Shown here: positions 1-11,385 of the stretch, in pieces | Layout of the letters: each line of letters starts with the position of its first letter | Position numbering within the stretch: the stretch's first letter is position 1 | Origin: Macrostomum lignano | Lineage: Eukaryota | Length of the DNA: 64,000 bases | Direction: 5' to 3' | Assembly (NCBI GenBank): GCA_002269645.1 | Contig: NIVC01000010.1 | Coordinates: 1,674,001-1,738,000, forward strand | Made by a program: the position numbers and the translations under genes | Notes under the pieces: generated by a model | What the model was told of the DNA's origin: nothing | Database searches by the model: none | The model's input: the letters and a program-made list of their open reading frames with translations, nothing else

Positions 1-779
1 AGTCCGAGGAAGACAAAGTACAAAGCTGCAAAGTGCAAAGAAACCAAGAAAATCGCTCAGGCAGTTCAGTTGATCTAAACTAAGTAATTAAAATAAAAAG
101 ATATTAGGCCTGACAAGTAGGGCCTAGTGAAAAATTGACTTACCAAAATTGTTATCCTCCTTGAACTTAAACTTCATTGTGTTTCAGCTGAGCGAGAAGG
201 GAAAGAACAAAGAATTTCTGTTTAAAATGAAAACTCTATGTTGATTGTTGCACAACAAAACGAAATAATTTCTCCCTTTCTACTAAAAAGATATAGAAAA
301 GATAAAGTTAAAAATAATGTAAATAATAGTACCAAACCGTACAAAAAACAAAAAATTAAAAATTATCTACTGATGTAACTGAATTTTTTTATAATTATGT
401 CGTTTTTTATTAACTAGCGCATATAAAAAGTAAACTTAGTTTTAGTCTTAGTTATACTGTACACACTAAACAAAGCCGGAACAACTAACAAGTTATAGTC
501 TCAATGTATGGATGAAGAATTTTTTTAATGAGCCATCTGCCGCACTAGTGATTATACCAAAGAACGACAATGTGGAAAGTCGGTTTCTGTGAAGTTAAAG
601 TTTTAAGTACCGTTTTACAATATGTTGATGGCAGAGAGCTGAAGAGACTATAATCGATATAAGAGTTAGAAATCTGAAGTTTTGACCCTAGGTTAGAAGA
701 TAGGTAGAAATTTAAGAAATGCCCAGGCGCAGTGAAGGGCGAAGCAGAAAAGCACAATAGAGCCTCTAGTTACTTATGA

Positions 780-910
780 GAACAGCCAACAGAAGCAGCT
801 TTAAGATAATTAATCAACTGTCAAGTCAATTTGAATAGCCGAATCTAATAAAGCCCCTTTTCATTCCAGTCAGTAGCGTCACTCCGCCGCAGGAACAATG
901 GCGACTAAAC
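780..910 (+). mobile_element. possible LTR 3' end plus primer-binding site remnant of a decayed LTR retrotransposon
   Basis: AATAAA at ~847, then ...GAACA(897) a TGGCGAC. This is the same CA-n-TGGCGAC junction as the intact Gypsy at 33710. No partner LTR or intact ORF was found. Confidence 0.25.
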
Positions 911-3120
911 CGGCTGGCAAAAGCAAACTGAGCAGCGGCCAGCTTAGAGAACAACGCGGCACGCGGCATCTTCTGGCGCACCCTGAGGGAGAAAACGTGA
1001 GGCCCACCTACAGACTGCCTATATTCAACCTGAAGCGGCCCAAGAAGGCGAGATCAACCCCAAGCTGCCTGACAACCGAGAGAAACAGAGGACTGTTTAA
1101 TCATCAATGGACAGAGTTAAGAGACGGAAAATTAAGCTCTTTTTCTTTATATTTCTATCCCAAATTTTATCCAACTCAACACATAGATTTGCGAAACCCC
1201 GAATAATCTCTAACCCTCACACTTAGCAACCTACTAGAACTATCTAAATCCATGTACAACTAGGGGACTGAGTCCCAGATTGTTATTGCTCAAAAAACCC
1301 CACCGTTGCTTAACAACGCGAAGACACCCCACCGGCGGCGGGGGAGGCCAAAAATGCTAATTGGTATAAATAGACGCTCATTTCAAATTGGAGCGGCGCT
1401 TTGTTTTTCCTGCGCAGTTTTCGATCTCGAATTGCTCCATTTGAATTAGTTTCTGGATTATCCAGTTGGCACGAATCTAAGTCTTCAATATAATTATTTG
1501 TCTTAATTGTCGCGCACAGCAAATCCTAGAGAGACTCAAACTCAGCTTAGATACTAGGAGATCCCGTCAGTTTATACGATTTTCTCTGACGGCCTGATTG
1601 GAGAAATTAGAGCTGTACGAACCTTAGACCGCTAGACATCTATCTTAAGAAGGTGAGAACACAAACTCAAAGGCCCCAGAGAAAAACGCGTATAATATCT
1701 AGGAGGCCATCCAACACCATTTTAAAAGGAACTTCATCTCTGTTACTACGTTATGATACATGTAAAAGCGCAACAGCTAGATACATGTACATCTTCACAA
1801 ATTAGCCTATTTCACGCCTTCTTCACGGATTCGTACATACTCGTAATTCAGGAAGGTATATCGAGCTGCATGTCCTGTCAACTGGTGTAAACTTGAATCG
1901 TTTGTACATGTAATAATCCCACGACATCGCACATCCTAGCGAAGATCGATGCAGACCTGCATTCGTTCAGCGCATCTTCATTTCAGGCCGAGCAGCCCAT
2001 CGCAAAAGCTGGTCTCTGCATGAGCGACAAGCTCTCTCCGCGAGAGATGGATCACAATTCTTTTTACAAAAAACTTACATTTAGCGTCTTTTTCCAATTC
2101 GACTTACCTTCTAGATTGCGCCCACAGAACCCACTCTGGGTACATATGAGGATCGGACCTACTACAATTCTACATGTACATGTTATACATGGGCCTGTAT
2201 CTTTTTGGTGGGCTGGCATGGTACCTGTATGCGGTCTGACGTCGAGCGCTAATGTCCAGCGCGTGGCACGTGGCCTATCTCTAATAAGACAAGCGCAACA
2301 ATGGCCCGTCTTGACGCACCATTCCAGAAACTTACATGGGACTGCAGGGCCATTTGTTTATCCGGGATCTCTACCTGGCGACGTCGACGTCCTCCATGGT
2401 TGTAAATTCATACTCCGGCTGGATTGAAACGATCCATTTGTAGAAACCGGATCTCTCTACTTCAGTTATCACCGCACTTCTCACAGTATTCACACGCTTC
2501 GGTGTTCCAGAATTGTGATCGAGTCCAATGGCCCTGTATGACGCCAGAGGCGGCCCCCACAGGCTTCCCCGATTCCTGAAAGCGCTCAAATAATATGAAC
2601 GCGTGTTCTCTGCTCTAATGTCTATGGCAATTCATTATACAGTTTAATTGGGGCCAAGTCTTGTCTTGTTAAGCTGTCAGTCGCTACGTACTAACTACTC
2701 TTGAGTCTTGTCGATAGGCGATAGAGCTCGCATTTTTTGAAATCCACTCCCTGAATTTACGTGTCACATCAAAAATGATTTGACTGCCTCGTAACATCTA
2801 TGAATGTACCTCTTAATAAAAGTATAGGCTTCAGAAACACGAATGTAAGCTACTACATGCATGTAATATAAATTACATGCACAAATTATAATTGGCATTA
2901 CACACTTTAAACTCGATACATTATGGGCTTAAATGTGTATGTAATAGCTAATAGTCAACAATGAACAAATCATTTCAGTTGGTGTATATTCTCCTTAAAT
3001 ATTTAATAGTTAGGAAACCATTTCATTAGTAACATTCATTAGTCTTACTCAGAATAGTAGCAAGTTCTGACGGCACAATTCAGTAGGTACTCATAAACTC
3101 AGAGCTTTGCTCATGCCACA

Positions 3121-6100
3121 TCAATTGGTTCCGGTGCGCACCAGGTGTCTGGCCAGCAGCGGATACTCATCTCGCGTCAGCAGCAGATCAATCTGGAACA
3201 GGTGGCTGACATCGTTGGCCAGGAAGTAGCCCAGAAATTTTCTCTTGCTGTCGCGGTCCGATTTCGGTATTTGAGACAGGCTCAGAGCCGCTGGAGGCTT
3301 GATCAGCACGTCGGCGAAGGTGTCAGCTTGGCGGGTATGAACAAGGTGGTTTGGATGGCCAAAATCTCTGCTTTATCTAATTAGTAATAATGAATCATAA
3401 CTGATTAAGTACACCTGCCCTAATGGGCAAATGTGCAACCGAAAGCTCAGCTGAAGGCTGCGTACGGCTGTTCAGTCCAAGGACTGAGGGAGGGGGGTCG
3501 CCACACACTCAATTACCCCAGCTAATGCTGGCACTTATTTTACAGGTGAACTAAAACAATGCAGAGTTAAGCGTCGTGCTCAAGGACACGAATTGTTCCG
3601 GGTTGAGTCGAGAATTGAACCCCCGGCCTTTCAGTCGGGAAACCGACGCTCTAAACCACTAGGCTGCAACACCTATTATATGTACATGTAATGACTTATT
3701 TGTCTACATTTACTATCACATTTACAAGCTCCTTAACTCACCAAAGAGTGGCAGATCAGTGTCATTCTCGGAGCTATGGGAATGCACCAGCTTCAGGAAT
3801 GTGATCAAATAGACGAACACGTTTGCATTGATCTCGGGAAGGCAGTTGTAAATCTGGAGGAAATTCATTGATATCCTAAACTGTGCAATGTGTACATTCA
3901 TTAAATACATGTCTTAGTTAGTAATTTAGCAGATCAATGCCACATTCACTCGCAGCTAAATAGGAGGCAAGGAGTCATGCCCATTCCATTCTACCTACCC
4001 GTGAGCACGTACACACAGCTAGACGGATGCATACAGTATTCAGGCAACAGGGTCGGTGTGCAGCATGTACACTTGCTGCGCCTTGGAAGTTGAACTAATG
4101 GTGCGAATCGAACACACGAAATCAAACTTCGGGGGTTACTTAACTGATCCGAGAGTGATTAAATATACAAATCAGTTTTGGCTTTTACTATGGGCGACCA
4201 AAAGTGAACATCGATCACGCACCTCAAGTGAGTTCTTGAAACTTTTTGACGCGTCCATAATAGTGGAGTAAAGCTGTGACGGAAACAGACTGTCGGGCAG
4301 GCAGTCGAAGAACAGCACAATCGCTTCCAGTATTGAGTAGGCGCTCACGCTCGAGATGCGACTCTCGGCATTCCACGACTCGACATTGTCCAACAGCCAG
4401 CGAATCTCTTGCAGATCTCGATGATAGCCGCCGCGTCTGAACAGGTCCGGCTTCTTTAAACAGCTCCTGCGCGCCGTTTCAACCAGTATTTTGAGCTCTT
4501 TGGGGATTAGGAAACGATGCATCGGGGATGTTTGAGCAGTTCTCGACGGGAGTGCGTAGAATCGGTACTTGGCGCTCAGAGCGTGGCTTGGCGAGAGGCG
4601 AAAGCTGTTGCCGCATCCGGCACCGTCGTCCATGATGCCTCCAATGGCCGGCTGACGCTGGTCGGTGGCCTTCATCGGAGCATTGTTGACAGGATTTTGT
4701 GCCTGCCGCTGTTGCTGCTGCGGTACCTGCTGATTTTCCTGCTGCTGTTTGTCTTGCTGCTGCTGCTGACTTGATGGCTGAGCTTGTTGCTGAACCGATT
4801 GGCCTTGATGCTTGTTCGGCGACTGTTGATGCACCTGCTGTTGCTGCTGCTGTTGCAGCAATTGTTGCAGGGTGTCGGCCTGAGCAAATCTGCCCACTGG
4901 TTGGGCCAGCTGCACCAGCTCGTCCAGCGGCATGCCGTAGCAACTACGTCGATAGGCAATTCGAGGCTTAACAGTGTAATCGCCGCCCGTCATCACGTGA
5001 ATGACGAGATGCTGCGTCAAGCAGGATGGATCGCGCAATACCTGCACATTGACTGTCTGCTTGAGCTTGATCAGCTGCACCCCGCCAGGAGGTATGATTC
5101 CATTTTGCGGCTGAATACGCATTCCGGGCGGTCCGTAGCGCATCGTGTCGTAGCAGGGGACGAAGCACCACTCGGCCGGCAGCATTCCGGGGTTTCGGAG
5201 CACAACAACGCCGTAGGCTTTCTCTAGGAAACTAACGGAACGATCAAAGTCAACCACTTGGTTGTCAATCACAACTCGAGGCATGTAGACGTCGCGAAGC
5301 ATTACGGTTTCAAGGAGGACCTTCTCTGCTTCGGTGTCGAAGCAGATGTTGTTGCGGCCGCTGCGCTGTAATGCGTTTCGGATGCACAGGTGTCAGTTTG
5401 GTTGATATACTAATGACTAGAGAGGGCTTATTGAGGAGTAAAACCTACTTTAGAAACGTTGTATCCAAGGGTTTGTACATGTACAAGTGATTAGAGCTTC
5501 GGACTCGCGACTGAAAGGTCCGGGGTTCGATTCTCGTCCCTCTCGGAACAAGTTGTGTCCCTGAGCAAGACACCCATTTAAAATTGGTGCCAGTACTAGC
5601 TCGTGTGTTTGGCGAACCCGCCCCCAGTCCCTGGACTGAACAGCCGTACGCAACCTTCATATGCACCGCGCAATAGCTGCAGCTGAGCTGTCGAATGCAC
5701 ATCTGCCCATTAGCAATGTAGCATGTGCACAAACATGTGTTGCATTAATTCATATGTCTGAGGCATCAAATTACCAAGATATTACTGAGGGTAGTAAAGC
5801 TAAAATCCTACTGTAACCATTAAACTGTACGTAAGTCACCAAGATCAAGCCCAGCGTTCTCAGCCAATCAACAACTCACCACTATGGTGAACGCGGAAGT
5901 AAGCGACAAGTACTTCTGGGTGCAACTGTGCCTCGCGTATCTGGTCTCAAGTTTCGGATAGGGACTGTTATCAACAGAGTCAACGCGTACAAAAGCTTTA
6001 GCATTGCGTACAAATTTCGATGAATGATTTATGGCGTCCATGTTAGTGAGTTCGCGCGGCGTTTTCAGTTTCACTTCCATGAACCGTTTGTCCGACGGCA

Positions 6101-8042
6101 TGTCGTTCCGATCGGTCATGAGGCCTCGCTGCATCGTGGACTGGATAGAATGAATTAATCAGGGTAAGTACGGTGAATATAGACTGCTATTTTTTATGGC
6201 TTTGAGATGTAGCACATGCACATGTAAAAATCACATTTGCAACGGTAAGCAAGTAAGCTTTTATCATTTAATCAGGCAGGCAATCTGAATTTGAACTTCA
6301 ATCTGACACCTGAGAAGCACTCCATAATCACATTGAAAAGAACGACACATAAAAATTCATAAATTTTTGAAGGCGTCATTAAATAGCGAGAGATACTTTT
6401 CGCAAACAAACACAAACTTCGATAGTCTGCTAAAATCAGTTCGATTCAGCATAGACAAATCCCCTGAAAGGACACAGTTTTCACCCTTTTCTCTGACCTT
6501 TAATGATGTTTAGATGCAAATCTTTGCGGAAAAAATCGTGTTGAAATTATTGTCTGCTTAGCACGTTAAAGAGCTACACAAAACTACACTTCAATACACA
6601 ACTATAGAGATTAAAATTGCAGTTCAGTCCATGTAAGCCCATTACTTTTATGTAGCCAAGTAACTTACGACTAGATCCTCCATTGTCTTAGCGTAGATGT
6701 TAGACCGATTAAAGTCCTTAGCAAAAGTCTCATTAAACGCGTCCAGCGGATCGGCAATTTTCGATTGTGGTACTCGAATCTGCGACTGCGAGCGACCTAC
6801 AGAGCTAGTCTTGGCCACGTTGAAGCGACCGATGGAACTGTCGGCAAAGTCCTGATTGTCACTTGCTGCCTGAGTACCAGAGAAATCAGTGTCGTAGCTT
6901 CGCTGTCTCTGCAGCATGTAGGAGGAGTGCTCGTCCGAGAACTGGCTCCGCTGACGGACGCTGCCACCGATGCCCGTGGCCGCCCGTTCACGTTCGACAA
7001 TCTCTAGCAGGGTTGCCGTGACTGGGAACTCGCCGAACGCGAATATTATGCTGCGGGTAAATTGGCCAGTTAGTGAACTGACTCTGAATGGGAGAGTGAC
7101 TGACAGGGAGACTGACAGGAAGACTGATTAACAGGGAGACTGACTGACAGCGAGCCTGATTGACAGGGAGACTGACTGATAGGGAGACTGACAGGGAGAC
7201 TGACAGGGAGACTGACTGACAGCGAGCCTGATTGACAGGGAGACTGACTGATAGGGAGACTGATTGAGTTTAGTAACTCACTGTTGATAGCTATTCTTCT
7301 TGCTAAACAAGGTTTGGTTGTGCAACCCATTGCTGGACACCAGCTCCAAGTACTCGATATCGTCAGACCACACGGCCGAGTCGGCACCCTCCATGATCAT
7401 CAGGAAGGTGAGCACGAGTTTCTGAGTTGAGCAGCGCAGTGCAAGCATGTCGTGACTAAGATAGCTCTGCCTACCACCTTTGATGTACACAAAAGCGTCC
7501 TTCTTCGTGATCAGAGTAAACAGCAGAATGGCGCTATTGCCGCAGACGAACTCGGCCAATTGACAATAAATTGTAGAAGACGACTCGCCATTGTTAATCT
7601 CGGCCAGAGCAACTTTCTTAATCTCGTCCAATTTAGCGCTGAGCCTGGAAGTTCGCACGCCTACGGCGATTAAATCAAACATATCGTCCATAGAAAACTT
7701 CTCAGTGATGGGATCTTCTGGTTCCATTTGTTTGGCGGCGTCAGTTGTCTGGTCGAGCTTTTGCACTACTCGCCTGACAGCCATGGTCTCTAGCGGCGAT
7801 AGAATGTCCAACCTGCTGATGGAGTCGTCCTTGCACTTGCAGTAAGACAGCTTCACGTTGAGCTGCATCTGCAGTTCAATCTCTTGAAATCTGTTGGCCA
7901 GTCGTCGCTGAAAGATGGACATGAAGCGCGTGTCCAGTGGCGGGTGGGTGGACTCGAACGGGCTGGTGTTCAGCTGCAGCCGATCAAACAGCTCCCGGAT
8001 GGGGTGGTTCATTGCGTACTGCTTTCTGGATTCGTCCGCCAT
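3121..8042 (-). CDS. OCRL: OCRL/INPP5B-like protein (degenerate inositol 5-phosphatase fold + ASH + RhoGAP-like domain), ~954 aa
   Basis: Exons 8042-7282, 7050-6669, 6140-5880, 5365-4223, 3853-3742, 3326-3121 total 2865 nt, are phase-consistent and all GT-AG. ASH-like segment: MPRVVIDNQVVDF..RNPGMLPAEWCFVP..QPQNGIIPPG. The ASH/GAP junction SCYGMPLDEL resembles OCRL SCFGTSLEAL. IPKELKILVE..DLF resembles VPKEIWLLVD..DLF. NVFVYLITFL..ADTFADVLIKPP resembles NVFRYLMAFL..ATLFTSLLLRPP. The C-terminus SDRDSKRKFLGYFL resembles SDRQRAIQFLLGFL. Confidence 0.9.
3412..3664 (-). mobile_element. tRNA-derived SINE copy 1 (OCRL intron 5)
   Basis: On the minus strand: tRNA-like head (GCCTAGTGGTTTAGAGCG..GGGGGTTCAATTCTC), then GTGTCCTTGAGCACGAC..CCAGCATTAGCTG..GGACTGAACAGCCGTACGCA, shared with the copies at 5487 and 48427. 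Confidence 0.75.
5487..5712 (+). mobile_element. tRNA-derived SINE copy 2 (OCRL intron 3)
   Basis: B-box GGGGTTCGATTCT, then GTGTCCCTGAGCAAGACAC..GGACTGAACAGCCGTACGCAACC..GCACATCTGCCCATTAG. Homologous to copy 1, in inverted orientation. Confidence 0.75.
7095..7265. repeat. GACT/GACAGGGA-based minisatellite in OCRL intron 1
   Basis: Repeated GACAGGGAGACTGACT units fill most of the 231-bp intron. Confidence 0.85.
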
Positions 8043-8975
8043 GGCGCCGGTGGTGGATGCTTTGCTGTTTTACTTGAAGATTAAAGTTATTAAAATGGCA
8101 ATCGAGAAAAACTATTCGAGTCTTTCTTTAAAACTTCATAACAGATTATTCAGTGAGTCTGAACGTACGTGTAGTTTGGCGTGTCATCAAGTAAGGATTA
8201 ACCATAGATAACGGCCTTTACCCCTTTAGTTTAAACTGCAAAGCTACATATAGCTTAGAAGACGCATATCGACCGTTTTTTGCTTTAAAATTTGTCTCGT
8301 AATTAATGATTTGTGTGTTTCAAAGATTAAAAGTGCATGGTTTAGTGTGTGTGCAGAACTCTCTTCATCTTCCTTCATTCCTCACCAAATCTAATTTCTG
8401 TATCACTAGCCAAATTGAAGCAAAATTTGTCTGCTCTTTCAAAGGCTGTGCATATTTAAATGTGAGCAGACTCACCCCCCAACCACAGTAGACTTTTTAG
8501 TAACACGTCGGTAGGTTTTACACTCAGCAACATTAAGACTAAGTTTTCAACCGATTTGATGCAAGCTCGTACTGTAAATATTCGAGCCTGTTGCAGGGAC
8601 TGTGGTTAAAAGTAAATCAAACCACTATGGTGCATCAAATTAGTGACTTTTGGGAGAGAGTGTGCAGCGCTATTGGGGCATGCTTGATGAGACTGTCAAT
8701 TCGAGTCTTTGCTTATCAAGTCACAGGAAACAGGAAACGTGCCCTGCAGATTTTTCTGCTAGACTCTGCTGCAATGAGGTGCCCGGATTCGTTTTCGTTT
8801 TTTTTCACATTTTACAGGCATCAACTGTTACGAATCTAATGCAGCATCGATAATCATTAATCAACTCTATCAAAAAAAATTCAAATTTACCTTTTTGAAT
8901 TGAGTCGAAAAATCTCAAAAATAGTTTCACTGAATCTGGATTAGTAAAATTTACGAGCTTCAGATGAAATAAAGT

Positions 8976-10294
8976 TCAGAATGACTCTACAACTCCAGCT
9001 CGCAGTGACCTCAGCCCACTGAGAATCCTTGATCGACAGGTGAAAAGCGCGACAAGCACGCTGGACAGCATCAGAATGACCACCAGAGCCGTCAGTGCTG
9101 AAATCGAAACACGGGGTGGTCACTGAGCCTGGCACAAACGTGCAAATTTTAAAGCCTCAGTCAGCAAAAAGATGCGCCCACCTGGAGACTCAACCAGCTG
9201 CTCACTCTGAGCAGAGCTCTGACCGCAGCTCGAGATGGAGAGCCGAGCCCTAAAGCCGGACCTCGCTCCGCTGTACGCGAGACTCATTCCGCTGTCCACC
9301 GCTTGCAGGCTGGCCTCAACGCGGAATTTGAACTGCGAGTTCGAGCCGCAGACCTCTCGCTGACTGCGCTCGACCGACGCTGCCAGAGAGTCCCAGTGAG
9401 ACGCAGTCAGCACGAGCTGCTTGAGTCCGCACACCGTACTGAACTTGTCCAGCTTCACTTCCAGCTTCCAGCAGCTGATGTTTGACACCGTGGAGATTTC
9501 AGTAGCAGTGCTTGCAACTTTGGTGCGGTTCGCGATTCGAGCAGCAGTGAAGGCATCCAGCTGCAGTTTGCAGTCAGTCTGAGTGTTGTCGGGAGCGACT
9601 GTCACAGTGGTGAGCAGCTCTGTACCGTCTGCGCTCAGCTGCCACTGCTCACTTGAGCTGTCGATTCGCGAGCAGACTTCAACTGTGTGAATGCAATTGG
9701 GTGTGAAAAGTTTTGACATTCATTTGTGCCTGTCATATTCTTACACTTTTATACATACTCTTAGCTGCAGTTTGAGACATCAGTGAAATGCACCTTGGTC
9801 CACGATGATTGACCCAACGATACTCTCTTCGGATTGGAAGCCGTGGAATTCGGCATTTGCTACTTCCGAGTCGTTTCTGTTGGCTCCTTCAGCACCAGTT
9901 GATGGATTTTCTGGCGACGCCGAGGTTACATCGACCGTCAGCGTTTCGCCTTCGCTCACTCGGAGCCTGTCCTGCAGTCGCAGTCGGCCAGGAATGTCGT
10001 GGTCGCAGATGCTGAGCTTCGTCTCCCTCTCTCTTTGAGGTGCAGAAATGATGAAGCTGAGCTTCGGGTGATGGAGCAGTGAGCTGATTTCATAGCAGAA
10101 TCGCTCCTGATAGTCATTGGAGGCGTGCATTTTCAGCTGAACAATCGGGTCATGGCCAGGTGGCGGAGTCATCCTTATTAAACAATAGTGCGAGAGCGAC
10201 AAACCAAAAATGGGCAATATTATTGGGCTGTACAGAACCAGCCGCGATTCCCAATGTTTCTGTGGAACATATCTATGGCAAAGGCGACTGAAAT
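8976..10294 (-). CDS. 3' fragment (last 3 exons) of a CUB-family type-I membrane protein paralogue, copy A; no upstream exons found
   Basis: Exons 10294-9794, 9682-9182 and 9097-8976 are open and phase-1 linked. The last exon encodes a TM helix (ALTALVVILMLSSVLVALFTC) and a short tail. Homologous to the last 3 exons of copies B and C. Confidence 0.7.
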
Positions 10295-10574
10295 CTGAAA
10301 AAAATGAAGGAATGAGGGTCAATGGGTAAACGATCCTTAGTGAACATTCACATTTAATATTAGGCACGCCACTTTAGGTCTGTGACATTTCCTAGTCAGG
10401 AAGTAATTCAAACATTGTTCTGGACATTTTTAAAGCTGTGCGATAAAATCCATCAAGAATCAATTTGCGATATGGCATCTGATACAGTTCTCTTTTTTCT
10501 TATCAATGGCTTCCAGTCACCTGAAAGTTCATCCCCGTCATCTCCTTTGTTGCAGAAATCCGTCTTACAAACAA

Positions 10575-10706
10575 CCACCCAACAAACATCCTACTAAACA
10601 AACATCCAACTAAACAAACATCCGCATAACAAACATCCGCATAACAAACATCCGCATAACAAACATCCGCATAACAAACATCCGCATAACAAACATATGC
10701 ATAACA
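10575..10706. repeat. 15-bp tandem repeat AACAAACATCCGCAT
   Basis: About 5 near-perfect units plus degenerate flanking units. Confidence 0.85.
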
Positions 10707-10709
10707 AAG

Positions 10710-11385
10710 TGGTGAGTAGCGTTGCTACTCTGAGTTAGCGAACACGTCGGGGAGGGGCCGCCCCGGGTCTGTGTGGGCTCTCCGGTGTGCGTGCTCTGTC
10801 TGGCGGGGGGAGGGGTGGGTGCTTGAGTCCCCCCCCGGCCCTTGGGGGTTTTTTAGGCCGCGCGGGGCTGCTCTGGCCCAGCTACCCTGTCTCGCGTTTG
10901 CAAGCTCAATTTTGCAATTTCTCAATTTCGCGTTTGTCAGCCAACTTGCTAAGCATGAATCACAACAGCGAAGACACTGCTGAAAAGCGCCTAGAAAACT
11001 ATACCGCACGTGAGTTAAGGCGCATGCTGGAACAACATGGTCTGTCCAGTTCTGGAAAGAAGGCAATCCTCATAGATCGCCTACGATCGGCACGCCATGA
11101 GGACACCGATGAGACGCGAACATCTACGGCCAGCAAGAGAGCAGAGAGCGGCCCGGGAGGACGGCAGGCGGCGTCGGACCTGGATGTTCAAGCGGAAATC
11201 CAAGCTGCAGAGAGGCGCATCCGGCTGCTGGAACTCCAGGCAAAAGAGCGACAACTCAGAAGAGAGGCCCAAGCGTCGGAGGATCTCGAACCCCACCGGG
11301 CGGCACCTGAGAACCCGGAAGACCTTGGTGAGTTACTCAACGCTGTTAACAATGAGGCCACCCAGGACCAATGCTCGAAGCGAAT
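10710..11385 (+). mobile_element. truncated LTR-retrotransposon 5' portion: PBS-like TGG start, GC-rich leader and SAP-domain gag-like ORF
   Basis: TGGTGAGTAGCG at ~10711. The ORF MNHNSEDTAEKRLENYTARELRRMLEQHGLSSSGKKAILIDRLR fits the SAP consensus (LxxxELKxxLxxxGLxxSGxKxxLIxRL) and is followed by a coiled coil. It is cut off at a (GATT)n tract. Confidence 0.5.

Noticed and set aside
1-83. End of a plus-strand coding exon at the window start
   Set aside because: Too short to distinguish from chance, with no motif.
2020-2589. ORFs 2020-2427 (+) and 2371-2589 (-) as genes or exons
   Set aside because: No recognisable motif and no consistent multi-exon model, although the minus-strand piece has plausible splice sites.
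5487-5550. tRNA gene (also 3610-3664)
   Set aside because: Only B-box-like heads with no closed cloverleaf, and they continue into a shared SINE body.
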